From contig CP000071.1 of NCBI GenBank assembly GCA_000002445.1, positions 768,001 to 832,000 of the forward strand: DNA of 64,000 nucleotides. Direction: 5' to 3'. A model generated the notes under the pieces. That model was given only the letters and a program-made list of their open reading frames with translations. It was not told the origin of the DNA and ran no database searches. Numbering within the stretch: the stretch's first letter is position 1; each line of letters opens with the position of its first letter. Origin of the DNA: Trypanosoma brucei. Lineage: Eukaryota. The translations under genes were made by a program, and so were the position numbers. Below are positions 32,889 to 43,569 of the stretch, one piece after another.

Positions 32889-33998
32889 ATGGACCCCTCT
32901 CAAGAGGGAGCAGAATACCTTACTGCCGTATTCGCAAAACTGGGAGTTCCCTGCAGAGTTGCGAACACAGTAGAGAAGGGGAAACACATTTTAGCAACGG
33001 CCGATATGCCGGCACAGTATAGCGTCTTTGAGGAAGCTCCAGTTGTTTCTTGGCCCTCACAGGGGTATCTTACCCTTGGTGTTCCTTTCTGTCTGTTCTG
33101 TCTTCGCCAGAGAAACAACGCTGATATTGCGGATGAAGGTGAACATAACTGGAACAGTTGTGCTGGATGTGGCTCCTTATTTTGTTCCGAGAGCTGCCTC
33201 GCCTCTGCGGAAATGCCTCACAGGGTCCTATGCGGTGTGCTACAGGAACTTCGGAAGCGTGAATGCACTGATGGTTGTTGTAGGCCTATCACAAAGGAGT
33301 CCTTAGCCAACTGTGTGGCGTGGGTTGTGGGCCGTATCGCAGGGGCAATAAAACAGCGACAATTTAGTGGAAAGCTGCTTGAAGAAAATCACAGGGAAAA
33401 CGCCAATAGTATATCTAGGCAACTCTTTCATGTTGTGACCGCGCCTTTCAATCGCTTTCTTGACGCCCCAAAAAATGCTGAGTTCGCTGACGTGGACGCC
33501 AACTCTTGGTACGAAGAGATCGACAAGTTGTTGCGGGAGCCTTGTCGCGCGGTCCTTCTACAGTCCGCCGCTGCACCACCATCCATTGGAGCAGATTGGG
33601 CACTCGAGATCGTTGACGGGTTGTTGCGTCATGACACGCTCGAGAGGTTCCTTGGAATATTAACACTAAATTCGCAAGGGTTGAATGGTTTTGTTGCCGT
33701 GCCCGGTGCAGCTGGGGATATGGATTCTCCTTCCTTACCCATTACATGGGTGCTGAAGGGTGGAGGCATATATTCCTTGCAATCTGCATTTAATCACTCC
33801 TGCGTACCCAATGTCGCGGTGTTGGCAGAGGGTGGTACGCATGATATAACACTGCGTACGCTTCGCGCAATCAAGAATGGAGAGGAACTGACCATCACGT
33901 ATATACCCGTAGAGAACACTACGCGTGCTGAGCGGCAAATGAAATTGGAAGGATATTTCTTCACATGCCGGTGTCCTCTTTGTGAAGAGGAAGAGTGA
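32889..33998 (+). CDS. SET domain protein with an MYND-type zinc-finger-like Cys cluster (SMYD-like lysine methyltransferase)
   Basis: C-terminal SET signature FNHSCVPNVAVLAEGG...GEELTITYIP and post-SET FFTCRCPLCEEEE. The Cys cluster CLFCLRQ...CAGCGSLFCSESC is MYND-like. The track ORF begins at a TTG (32739), with in-frame ATGs at 32799 and 32889. I chose 32889 because a strong polypyrimidine tract plus AG (ttcttcttcagcgttcgcctttattttgatcctgcttatag) lies directly upstream of it. The exact start is uncertain. Confidence 0.72.
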   Translation: MDPSQEGAEYLTAVFAKLGVPCRVANTVEKGKHILATADMPAQYSVFEEAPVVSWPSQGYLTLGVPFCLFCLRQRNNADIADEGEHNWNSCAGCGSLFCSESCLASAEMPHRVLCGVLQELRKRECTDGCCRPITKESLANCVAWVVGRIAGAIKQRQFSGKLLEENHRENANSISRQLFHVVTAPFNRFLDAPKNAEFADVDANSWYEEIDKLLREPCRAVLLQSAAAPPSIGADWALEIVDGLLRHDTLERFLGILTLNSQGLNGFVAVPGAAGDMDSPSLPITWVLKGGGIYSLQSAFNHSCVPNVAVLAEGGTHDITLRTLRAIKNGEELTITYIPVENTTRAERQMKLEGYFFTCRCPLCEEEE

Positions 33999-35368
33999 TT
34001 CGAACTCTGCTGGTTCAGCGACGGGGTGTTGCAGTGCCATCGCTTGCAACCCTTCTGTGCGGTTAAGCGACTATAAAGCAAGATCTGTATGTCCTCTGTG
34101 TTCTTTGAGCCGGCCCTACTTGGTATCAGAGGTGCCCAGACACGGCACAGATACTTTGAGGTTAGTAACTCGATCGACCTTGATCATTCTCCTTTTCCTA
34201 GCTTCTGGCAATAGGTCGTCCCTTCTATTACTATGGATGTGGCCGATCAGTCAGCCACACACAGTAAATGTTTTACAGGAAGATCTTCGTGTGTTTCATT
34301 CTGTGTCCAGGCTCCAAGTTTAAATTCACACCGAATCTGGCATCGTTTACATAAACAACTCGCTTTGATCGTCCTTTGCGTCTGAGAGGTTTGACAAATA
34401 CCTATTTGCTGCATTTTCGCAAGAATTGCTGCCGTCGCGAAGATGAAGTGCAGTATGCCACCGCCAGACAAGTAGCAGAAACTCTCTATGTAAAGGTTTG
34501 GGGAAGTTAGGGATCGGGTACCCCAATGGTGAATTTACTCTGTCGTATGACGGACGAAAAGTATTTCCCTTGCTGTTTCTCATTCGACCACTTTTCTGCT
34601 CGGGTTCACACCGTGGCCGTCGGGTCCCTCGGTAGTGCATTCGTCACAGGCATGTGTGGGTGCCTTTAAGACAGGCCGTTGCCCCCTCTATTCCATTTGC
34701 GATGAACGTGTCTCTCCGGTACCTCTAATCAAATTTAACGGTGTTCTAAACTGATCTACGTGGCCGGTGTACCGGTGGTTGCTCAACCGCTGATTGAAAT
34801 ATTTTTGCGCGTTTATGAACAACAGCAGCGAGGATCCAAAGCGCGCTGGAGACACATTTGTGCAGGAAGGGCTGGGCGCCGGAACCTGCTATATGAGGCT
34901 TTATGAAGCGTGTGGACAACTTTCTGGCTACTGGGCACGGAATTAAGGCAGTTGACAGCTGTGTGGTCCGGGACAATATACAAATCACCGAGTGCACTAC
35001 TCGTGTAATGTGCATTGCATGTCTGGGTTCGAGCATTGGCTCTGATTGTAGAGGATTCGCTTCGCAAAGCGGCAGCTGGTTATCCATTTAAATCTTTTTA
35101 TCATTAATCGTACCACGGTGGCTCCTATACGTCGCTACCTTCCTTGGTTACTGGGGTTTGCATGTGTGGTATTTGTTTTTCCTCGCTTAACTATTTCTTA
35201 CTTTTTTTTGTTTGAAATTCCTCTGAAGGGTAATTGTGGTATTTTGCGCGCTCTCATTTTTCACTTTTTTCGTACTTTTCGCATGGACGTTTCCCAATTT
35301 CATAACGACAGCTACTTTCTCGCTTGCTTCCTTACAACCCTAACAACTATGGGAATGTTTGCTTAAGA

Positions 35369-36088
35369 ATGATCCGACTGCACCGCAACTTGGAGGGGCC
35401 GTTCCAGTGTCGTTGCTTCCGCCGTAGTGCTACAACTCACCGCGTTGGCACCGGAGGAAATGTAGAGGGAGTCGTGGCTTCTTCTTACTCGTCCCACGCC
35501 AGAGACATAACTGCCTCTCCCACAGTTCCGACGCTCTGTGGAGATCGAGGTCATGATGGAAACGAACCTGAAGAGCCAGGGGGCGGGAAAAGGCAGAGGC
35601 AGCCTGAGCACGGAGCGGCAGCCGCGTCGTCTGCCACGTACAAAACAACGCGTAAACGAACTGCGGAGATCAAGGTAAGGAAGCGCGCTCCTTGGGGCAT
35701 GCAGCAACTACGTGATTCGTGGAGCGTGGACGCCATGACAAAGGGAGACAGAGAAAATATGAGCGAGCGTATTCACAGGGAATATCGTTACCACCCGGAG
35801 GAGTTCCGCCGGAACCACATTAAGGTGGCAGCGCTGCTCACAATCCCCGCGCTTTTAATTGGTGCGTTTAGTGGCTATTTCTATCAGACGGGGCGGCCCC
35901 TGTGGGAGGCTGATCCACAATACCTGTTGAATATGATAAGGCAGATGGATGCTTCACCGCGCAGCACGCTTCATCCCTACAAACTTGAGGAAACAGAGGT
36001 GCTCCCCGCGCACGTGAAGGCATACAGGGAAAAGAATTGGGAAAAACGTCTTTTATTGGAGGGCTATCCCCTTGCCACCGAACGGTGA
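35369..36088 (+). CDS. Small hypothetical protein (239 aa) with a basic N-terminal region and one predicted transmembrane helix
   Basis: The start MIRLHRNLEG is the first in-frame ATG, at 35369. The track start at 35324 is a TTG. The hydrophobic segment is VAALLTIPALLIGAFSGYFY. A polypyrimidine tract at 35160-35300 lies upstream. No recognised domain. Sits between two SET paralogues. Confidence 0.5.
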   Translation: MIRLHRNLEGPFQCRCFRRSATTHRVGTGGNVEGVVASSYSSHARDITASPTVPTLCGDRGHDGNEPEEPGGGKRQRQPEHGAAAASSATYKTTRKRTAEIKVRKRAPWGMQQLRDSWSVDAMTKGDRENMSERIHREYRYHPEEFRRNHIKVAALLTIPALLIGAFSGYFYQTGRPLWEADPQYLLNMIRQMDASPRSTLHPYKLEETEVLPAHVKAYREKNWEKRLLLEGYPLATER

Positions 36089-36396
36089 AGCGGTTGGAGA
36101 CGGAGACTGGAGAAACGGAGTGGACGCCCGTAGCCCGCGGGAGGTCGTTTTCAGCCTTTTTTACCGCCACACTGGCGCTTCCGTATGCATATCGTTGGCA
36201 TGTCCGTTGTACCCGTTACGCCTCAACGTTGCTTGAGCGTTGCTGCGAAACTGGATGTAATGGAACGTGTGTCTTAATAACATCATTGATGACATTTCCT
36301 TTCTCTCACCTCCGTTCTCTTCGCTGGAATGCATGTTTAGCCACCGGAGCACTTTTGTCAAAGTAGTCTTTGTACATACGTAATTTGGCAACAAAA

Positions 36397-38538
36397 ATGG
36401 CCACTGTCACGGAGGCACCTTTAAAGTCACCGCAGGATAGATTGGTGGAGCGCGTGTGCTCATCGGAGGAAGACGACTCTGGCCGTTACGTCATTGCAAA
36501 AGATGACATCAGTCCCGGTGAAATTGTATTGCTAGCAGCACCTTATGCGGTAGCCCTCAACCCCAACGAGGCTGTGAGCGCAATGTATGTGGCGGCCAAC
36601 GTGGAGGAGTGGGAAGATGCCTCCATGGGAGAACTGGCAGGACGCCGGGTCGGCCAGAGGGTCAAGAAGAGCGGCAACATCCCAACGGATGGTGGTGAAT
36701 ACGTGGCGTTGAGCCCGTGCGTAACATTCTGCTCCTGCTGTCTGCGACGCATTCCAACAGGTACGCCTTTCCTCAATTGCGAAACAATCGAGGTCCTTTC
36801 CCACTTAATTGCTGTGGAGCACGTTGAGAGTGAAAATGCAAAGTGGGAAAAAGAACGAGAGTCTCACCAACGAACTGGCTCTGATGCCGGCGATGCAGCC
36901 GATCTCGGAGATAGGATGCACATCAAGAAGGAAAAGAAATTGCAGAAGCCTGCCAGGTCTGCTAAAATGCGGTCGAAGGGGTATTTATCGCTGAAGCAGA
37001 GGTTGCTAGAGGCCGCCACTGCCCAACGTGAGTCCGCCATGTACGAAGCTCAGAAATTTGGTGGTGCGCTGGGCGACAGCAGTAGGAATATATCGTGGCC
37101 GGAACGAGTTGTGGAAAAGCACGTTCTTGAAGAAGACCTGCTGGTGCGAGGTGCGTGTGGCTGTGCTGGTTGCGGCGTAGCTATTTACTGCTCAAAGTCC
37201 TGTTGGCAGAGTTTTAATGAATTACACCGCGCTACGGGTGCGTGCCGCGTTTTGCGCGACGTTTATTCACCGCTGATGAGGATATTCTTGTCACGTATTA
37301 CAAAGGGAAACAAGGGAGGGTCCGCCGAAATTTTTTGTATTGACTCATGGAGCCCAAAGCACTGGCTTCGACGAACAACCGATGAGAAAGCATGGGAGAT
37401 GCTGCAGCTGCTTCTTGCAGCCCTTCTGGTGGGAAGGTGCGCGAAGGAAGGGTATGCAAACAATATGAGGGAGGAAGAGAAAGAGAGACAACACCCAGCG
37501 GAGAATGTGGACGACTATTATAGTGAAGAAGAGGACAGAGTTTGGGGAACCATGGGCGATGAGGAGTCTGCATCACCAAGAGACTGTGACCACCTCCAGG
37601 TCTCGAACACTCCAACCACGGGGACGAAGATAGAGGAGGACGGAGGTAGGGATGTGTCAATTACCGTGAACTCTGCAATTCCCCGTGAAGCGGAGGTAAT
37701 CCGCTTGGTACGTTCACGGATGGGCACAGCGGTTGAAGTTTTGGACTCTAGGGTGAATGAATGCGGAAAATGCCCCCCTAGTGTGGGAAGGATCCCAATG
37801 TCGCTTTGCGTGTCCATTAAGGACCATATCGTGCTAGGTATACGTGCAGACGGTTCCGAAACACATGCAATTCAGTGTCCACAATGGCCTGAAGCTGCCG
37901 CTCTGGTTACAAACCTTTCCGTGTTAAGGAAAGAGTCTCGGTCAGTGTTCCGCAGGTACTACCGCCGGTTTTGCCTGTCTGTGCTCCCTTGGCTGAACTG
38001 CAGTGAGGGGACCGACGAGCCACTCAGTGTTTCTTCCAGCTTCTTTGACCGCTTGTGCGGTGCCGTGCAGTGTAACAACTTTGGTTTGTTTGACCCCAAG
38101 GAAGACTGTATCGGTGTTTCCGTCATCCCAGAGGCCTCGTACTTCAACCACAGTTGTTTGCCAAACTTATGTCGTGTCATGTGCGACGGTGGCATTGCTG
38201 CGTTCTATGCGTTGCGCGAAATCCGCAAGGGTGAACCCCTCACTATTTGTTATGTGGATGTGCAGGAAGTATCAACAGCAGAACGCCGGCGTACGCTTCT
38301 TACTTCCTATCGGTTTTTCTGCCAGTGTAAACGCTGCAATGGGAGTAGCGTGGTTGACGACAAGACGGATGCTGACGCGGCCAAGCTGAGGTTGTGTGGT
38401 GCGTGTGCTGCGCGTGGTTACCTACGACCACTCCCACCTACTGACGCTGCTATCCTTTGTCGTTGGACAATGGACAGCATAGCAACCGGAGAGTGTACCG
38501 TTTGTCACAATCGAGCACCGTGGGGGGGGACTTCCTAA
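36397..38538 (+). CDS. SET domain protein with an MYND-like zinc finger (second SMYD-like paralogue, 713 aa)
   Basis: SET signature YFNHSCLPNLCRVMCDGGIAAFYALREIRKGEPLTICYVD and post-SET FFCQCKRCNG. The MYND-like cluster is CGCAGCGVAIYCSKSCWQSF...HRATGAC. There is a long Glu-rich insert. The track start at 36370 is a TTG. The first ATG is at 36397. Confidence 0.8.
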   Translation: MATVTEAPLKSPQDRLVERVCSSEEDDSGRYVIAKDDISPGEIVLLAAPYAVALNPNEAVSAMYVAANVEEWEDASMGELAGRRVGQRVKKSGNIPTDGGEYVALSPCVTFCSCCLRRIPTGTPFLNCETIEVLSHLIAVEHVESENAKWEKERESHQRTGSDAGDAADLGDRMHIKKEKKLQKPARSAKMRSKGYLSLKQRLLEAATAQRESAMYEAQKFGGALGDSSRNISWPERVVEKHVLEEDLLVRGACGCAGCGVAIYCSKSCWQSFNELHRATGACRVLRDVYSPLMRIFLSRITKGNKGGSAEIFCIDSWSPKHWLRRTTDEKAWEMLQLLLAALLVGRCAKEGYANNMREEEKERQHPAENVDDYYSEEEDRVWGTMGDEESASPRDCDHLQVSNTPTTGTKIEEDGGRDVSITVNSAIPREAEVIRLVRSRMGTAVEVLDSRVNECGKCPPSVGRIPMSLCVSIKDHIVLGIRADGSETHAIQCPQWPEAAALVTNLSVLRKESRSVFRRYYRRFCLSVLPWLNCSEGTDEPLSVSSSFFDRLCGAVQCNNFGLFDPKEDCIGVSVIPEASYFNHSCLPNLCRVMCDGGIAAFYALREIRKGEPLTICYVDVQEVSTAERRRTLLTSYRFFCQCKRCNGSSVVDDKTDADAAKLRLCGACAARGYLRPLPPTDAAILCRWTMDSIATGECTVCHNRAPWGGTS

Positions 38539-38881
38539 CAAGTGAGACATTCACACTTTTCACGTTCCCTCCTTAAGAGCTTTCGCCACGGCCGTGCTTC
38601 GGCGTCTTCGTTCTTTTTTTTTTTTTGTTCAGTGTTTCAGTTACCTGTGGGTCTTGATGCCTGCTTAAGTAACGGTAATAAATGCGTTTAATTAGAATTA
38701 AGTTTCCAGAGTGGATGGTATTCCACTGATTCCACGCGCGAGCCAGCGCCGCTCCAAGGTTTTTTTTTGAACTCCAAAGTATACCACTTGCATTCTGCTA
38801 CACATTCATAAATGTGCGCTGTCGTTTTCGGCTACACACTTGGCGGGGGTTTAGGGGCAAGGTTAGTGGTCGCAAAAGATC

Positions 38882-40123
38882 ATGAAAACGGTAATCAGGG
38901 ACCCGTGCATTCAAAACGGCTGCCGTCGATTCGTTCTTATGCAGCATGGGTTATGGGCAGGAGCGTGGGACTTCAACGCCATTGCAGCAGAGTTGTATTG
39001 TCAGACTGGTTCACAGGATGGCAGGAGTCGAAGGGGGGGCGGTGGAACAGTCAACCAATTGGGAAACATCATGCCCTCCGACGTGGTTCGCACAAAGAGC
39101 AGCTGCGGAGGTTCTCTCTTCGCCCGGGGTAACCTCACCTGTTTTTCCTCTGGTGCCAATGCCCTTATAGGATCGCTTCGTAGCACCTCTGTTTGCGCCC
39201 ATAAGTTATTGCAGGAATTCCTGCCCGTCTTCACAGAGTGGCTGGATACTGTTGAGAATAACAGTGCGGAAAAGCTATCCTTTTCTTGCGTTGGCCACTC
39301 CTTCGGTGGTATCATTCTACGGGAGGCTTTGTACCTTCTGCTTGTTTCTGATGATGCCGGTGAGTACAGTGAAGGCCTCTTTGATTCTGTTAAAGCCGTA
39401 CGTGACCGCTTGGCGACGGCAGGTGTCGTCCTGCAGCACTTTGTTACTATTGCAACACCGCACTGTGGCGCGGCCGAATGTTTGCCGACTCTTGTGTATC
39501 GTGCCGCCTGGGGCATCGCCAAGCTGTTCGCGCCGTCCATAAGTGAAATTTTACTGAATGATGAAGAGGCGTTGCTGTCGGAAAGGCTTCTCGACAAAGG
39601 GCATATTGAAGCGCTGCGAATGTTTCACAAACGGATTCTGTTTGCTAACACACAAAAGGATGTGCTTGTGGGCTTCGCGACATCTTCTTTGATGTTTGAC
39701 GGTGTAGGAGAGGACAAAGTCCGAATTATTGGACGCCCCCAAAGCGATCTACCCTGCGCCCCGGAATTTGAAAATGATGAAGCAGCGTATTCGAGGGTGA
39801 TTCATCTAAAAAGGTTACGTGTAAACGGTGACCTTTCAGATCAAGGGGCTGATCAGGTTGGAGTCGGCAGTGGCGAAGAAAAAGCGAGGAGTCAGCGCCA
39901 TCAGCAAACGTTGCGAAGTCAGGGCACAGGTTCTTCGAAGGTGCATCGCAGCCCACGTGAAATTGCCGCCGTACTGCGTAGTGAGCTCGACTGGGACCTT
40001 ATTGCCCTTCGATACAACAACCCATTGCCCGTAGCCCATATTGCTTGCATAGGTTGGTGCCAGCAACTGGAACCTACGCCCGAACTTGTGCAGCGCATCG
40101 CTGCCGAAATACTGAATGCGTAA
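38882..40123 (+). CDS. Putative serine esterase/lipase of the DUF676 family (alpha/beta hydrolase)
   Basis: An N-terminal FVLMQHGLWAGAWDF matches the DUF676 HGLxG start. The nucleophile elbow is FSCVGHSFGGIILREAL (GHSxG). Confidence 0.75.
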   Translation: MKTVIRDPCIQNGCRRFVLMQHGLWAGAWDFNAIAAELYCQTGSQDGRSRRGGGGTVNQLGNIMPSDVVRTKSSCGGSLFARGNLTCFSSGANALIGSLRSTSVCAHKLLQEFLPVFTEWLDTVENNSAEKLSFSCVGHSFGGIILREALYLLLVSDDAGEYSEGLFDSVKAVRDRLATAGVVLQHFVTIATPHCGAAECLPTLVYRAAWGIAKLFAPSISEILLNDEEALLSERLLDKGHIEALRMFHKRILFANTQKDVLVGFATSSLMFDGVGEDKVRIIGRPQSDLPCAPEFENDEAAYSRVIHLKRLRVNGDLSDQGADQVGVGSGEEKARSQRHQQTLRSQGTGSSKVHRSPREIAAVLRSELDWDLIALRYNNPLPVAHIACIGWCQQLEPTPELVQRIAAEILNA

Positions 40124-40372
40124 CGTATACGTTAGGGCATTGGGTACTACACTATGAACTATTTTGCATCGTATTTCTTGCACTCTCGTTTGGATGTTTT
40201 TCTGGTGAGCTGCAGAGCCCCGCCTTACACCGCCGCTGCCCCCCCCCTCTTCTTCTGAAAATGCGGCTTCTCGCACGCTGTTACTTTACCTCCTTGTTCC
40301 TCTTCCAACTGAATTTTTTTTTTTTGCGTGTGGGAGGAAGGGTGGTTGTTTCTTGCGAGGCCCGCCGAGTGA

Positions 40373-41521
40373 ATGCTTGGTGCTGTTCCTCCTATAGTAG
40401 TACTTCCGTCGAATCCAGCATACGAACTCCGTCCCGTCCCCGTTGTTTCCAGGAGCGTTGGCCTTTATGGTCCCCCACAGAATGAGACACACGGTAGCGA
40501 TAGAGGACCAGGTGCAGGACGATCCAACGTGTGGCGCGGGGACAATGTTTCAGTTCCGCCCTCAAATGCTACTAGTAGAACCAACGAAGTTGCTTTGCAT
40601 GAGGGACAAGAAAAAAGAACATCAGAAAGTGGCCCTCTAGAAGCGTTTCCAAATAATCACAGTCACTGCTTAGACAGGGTAACGGATAAGGAAGTGGACG
40701 TACTCCTTGACGTCCTAAGTGCACGCTACCAGAAGTACGTGGGGTTGAAGCAACGGAGTACCGAACGGTACCTGGCGCGTGTCGAGTCGCATGTGGACCG
40801 GTTTTTAAGGGAAAAATATAGAAGTGGTACTTCGCTATTTGCTGGCGGTGTGGCATCCTTCATAAAGAGTAAGCTTCCGAGTCCTTTTCACTCGCCGAAG
40901 CCAACGTTCAACAGCGAAAATGGAAAAGATACCCACCGGGAGTTCCCCACTGGTAGTGCCACTGATATTCATGCGAGTTCCGTCTCACGTTCCCTGCCTG
41001 CACTGGAACAGTGCTCGTATACGCCGCAGTGCATTCCCTTTAACTATTTGGATGTACGTCCGGAGAATATGGAGGCAATTGCTGCGAACCTTGCCGTGCT
41101 GCAACACTGCCTAGCTGAACGTGTCAGTCAAGGAAGTTCAGGACGAAAAGAACTTTTGGAGCCAATCATCCGCGATGTGTGGGAAAAAGAGCTGGACCCA
41201 CTTCTCCGTGAAGCCACAGAACTGCTTCGGGTGGCACAATGCAACGTATGGCCCCCGTTGGAATACTTTCTATCCCGTAACGTCGGAAGGGTCAGTGGTG
41301 AGCGACGGCTAAGGTACGATTGTGTCGTGAGAGGATTGCGGGGAGACTTGCATTATCTGGAGACCATCCGCAAGATGGAACACCTGGTGATCGATGGCCA
41401 GTCTAACGGAGCGGGCGAGGAGTCACTGGATTACGTTCCTGTGGGAGGTCTGGCGTTGTCGCGCCTGTACAGACTTGAGAATGAGCACCGAACAGTCTTG
41501 GAGTTTTGGCGGTCGCGATGA
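40373..41521 (+). CDS. Hypothetical protein (382 aa)
   Basis: ATG-initiated ORF on the coding strand, preceded by a polypyrimidine tract at 40200-40330. No recognisable motifs. Confidence 0.6.
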   Translation: MLGAVPPIVVLPSNPAYELRPVPVVSRSVGLYGPPQNETHGSDRGPGAGRSNVWRGDNVSVPPSNATSRTNEVALHEGQEKRTSESGPLEAFPNNHSHCLDRVTDKEVDVLLDVLSARYQKYVGLKQRSTERYLARVESHVDRFLREKYRSGTSLFAGGVASFIKSKLPSPFHSPKPTFNSENGKDTHREFPTGSATDIHASSVSRSLPALEQCSYTPQCIPFNYLDVRPENMEAIAANLAVLQHCLAERVSQGSSGRKELLEPIIRDVWEKELDPLLREATELLRVAQCNVWPPLEYFLSRNVGRVSGERRLRYDCVVRGLRGDLHYLETIRKMEHLVIDGQSNGAGEESLDYVPVGGLALSRLYRLENEHRTVLEFWRSR

Positions 41522-42552
41522 ACAGTTACTGAAGCGGTGCTCGACCGGGCATTTTTTCTCCTTCCCATTCCTCGTCTGTTGCTTTGAAGCATCGTGTGCC
41601 GCATTTAATGCTTGGTTTGCAACACTTGCTGTTGAAACGGGGACTCACGGCGCGATGGTGGCACCGCTGGCCGCTTCGGTGGTGGACGGCCTGGGCGAGT
41701 CTCACTACTCTTCAGCCGCTTGCCTGCGGGTACACATACCTTGAAGTGATCAGTTTCTGCCTTGGGCATCTTGTAGTGCTGGGTGCCACATACCTTCCCC
41801 CCTTGCTGACGCTGCGTTTCCTGGCGTGCTCCTTTACGCTCTCTCCCCATCACTGATCACTGGGAATAGGGTCGTCTTCATGCTTCTGGCCCACGAGTGT
41901 TGAAAGAGTTAGACGCACGAGGAAGCTAAACACTGGTAGGTAGAATTCAGCACAATTCATAGGGCAGGCGTGTCTCGTGTGACACATGAAGCGCTTCATA
42001 CAAAGCCGCCGTGTGTGGAACCTCATGGATATCAGGCGGCGGCCACCCGTACTCAACCGCCTACGCGGCGTGCTGCAGTTCGCCCAACAACCAGGTGCTC
42101 TTTCCAGACACCGTCAGGGTGGTGACTACAATTGTTCTATGCGCGTAAGTATCTACTCGCGCCCAGGAAAAGTGAGCAGGTTAAACAACGCAGATGCCAC
42201 ATGGCACAACCGCAGTAGAAAAGAAAAGCCGCCCGACTTTGATCCCTCGGCCTTCCGGCGACGGTACAGGGACTCGTGAGTTGAAACCTGTAGTCAAGAC
42301 TATCCACTTTCGTTTGAGCACTCCTTCACTTTTTGCTGCTCACTTATCCCAACACATGCACTGCACAAAGTTTCGCGCACATAAACTCTTTTAACCATTT
42401 ATCATCTCTCTGAAGAGAAGGCTTTAAATAGGTGGCATCGGTTTCAGAGTAATAAAAGTAATAAGGAGGGGGAAAAAAAAAAGAGAATACAGTAGCAATA
42501 AAATATTAACAAAACGCGCGCGTCAGCATTCGTATAGAGGAGGGTAAACGTC

Positions 42553-43569
42553 ATGTTCCGAAGGCTCACACAGTACACAGGAGTTGTAGGCGCTGTGCGC
42601 ACCATTGTTGTGTTCAGTCAACAGCACCACATACTGGAGAGCAATCAAAAAGCTCGGAGCAGCCCCAGCAACGTGTGGATCGAAGACTGGGAGGCTGAGA
42701 GCTATGGACTGACTCCAGAGCCTGGTGCCGTGTCCACGCAGCTGCTACTAGACAAGCCGCTCGAGCTATATAATTTCGATCAGCTCCTCTCTCCACCGGA
42801 GGTAATGGAGGCACCAAAGCACAGCAGTTACAGCTCCCGGAAGGTTTATGGTGAAAAGCTGCAATTCGAGCTCAATGATCGCGCTCAGAAGCATGGGTTC
42901 CACAGTAAGTGGTGGTTAACGAGAACGCAGGCTGTGAAGAACGCCCTCACGTTTAAAAACAACGCACGTAGCTCCATCATTCTCTCGAAGAGCTCACTCA
43001 GGTTGTACCACTCCAGTCAGTTGGTTGGCGGAGAAGCACTCATGACACATCCCGTATCAGGCGGCTCGAGGAAGCTCTACAGCAGGAAGGGAGATGCATA
43101 TCAGGTGCTGTGCGAACACATCCGTCAGAACGCCTTCAACAGCGGTCTCTACTTTACGAGACGGCAGCTGGAGTTCTTCAAGTTGGCGGTGCAGCCGAGT
43201 CAAGCACCTGTGATGATGGATGTCTCATCTGGGGAGCGGTTCCTCATCTTCAACGTGGAGCAACTCGAGGACCCCGAAGTGGCACTGAGGACTCTCGACC
43301 GCTCACCAGTGAGCATTCCGACCTTCCTTCTCTCAGGTGAACCGATGCAGCACGAAGGGGTAAAAAGGCTTCCCAGGTTTAAGAGCAATTACTGGCTAAG
43401 CGGGCGTGATGCTGAGCTGTACCAGTGGCCAATCAAAGAATCAGAGAAGAAGAGGGGAGTAACGCTAAAGAACGAGGGGAGTGCGTCGCTGCAGGTGGAG
43501 TTGTTTAACGTAGAACAGCTGGCAAACCCTGAAGAAGCATTCGCCAAGGCTGGACTCTTTGTCCAGTGA
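42553..43569 (+). CDS. Hypothetical protein (338 aa) with three internal [LF][YF]N[FV][DE]QL motifs and a presequence-like N-terminus; paralogue of the 45493 gene
   Basis: Motifs LELYNFDQLLSPPEV, FLIFNVEQLEDPEVA and VELFNVEQLANPEEA. Conserved block KHGFHSKWWLTRTQAVKNAL. The N-terminus MFRRLTQYTGVVGAVRTIVVF is basic/hydroxylated and amphipathic. Confidence 0.65.
   Translation: MFRRLTQYTGVVGAVRTIVVFSQQHHILESNQKARSSPSNVWIEDWEAESYGLTPEPGAVSTQLLLDKPLELYNFDQLLSPPEVMEAPKHSSYSSRKVYGEKLQFELNDRAQKHGFHSKWWLTRTQAVKNALTFKNNARSSIILSKSSLRLYHSSQLVGGEALMTHPVSGGSRKLYSRKGDAYQVLCEHIRQNAFNSGLYFTRRQLEFFKLAVQPSQAPVMMDVSSGERFLIFNVEQLEDPEVALRTLDRSPVSIPTFLLSGEPMQHEGVKRLPRFKSNYWLSGRDAELYQWPIKESEKKRGVTLKNEGSASLQVELFNVEQLANPEEAFAKAGLFVQ

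Noticed and set aside
38812-39132. 106-aa ORF overlapping the DUF676 esterase start in another frame
   Set aside because: The overlapping frame of the 413-aa ORF carries the HGLxG and GHSFGG esterase motifs. The 106-aa frame has no motifs and would require an alternative initiation with no support.
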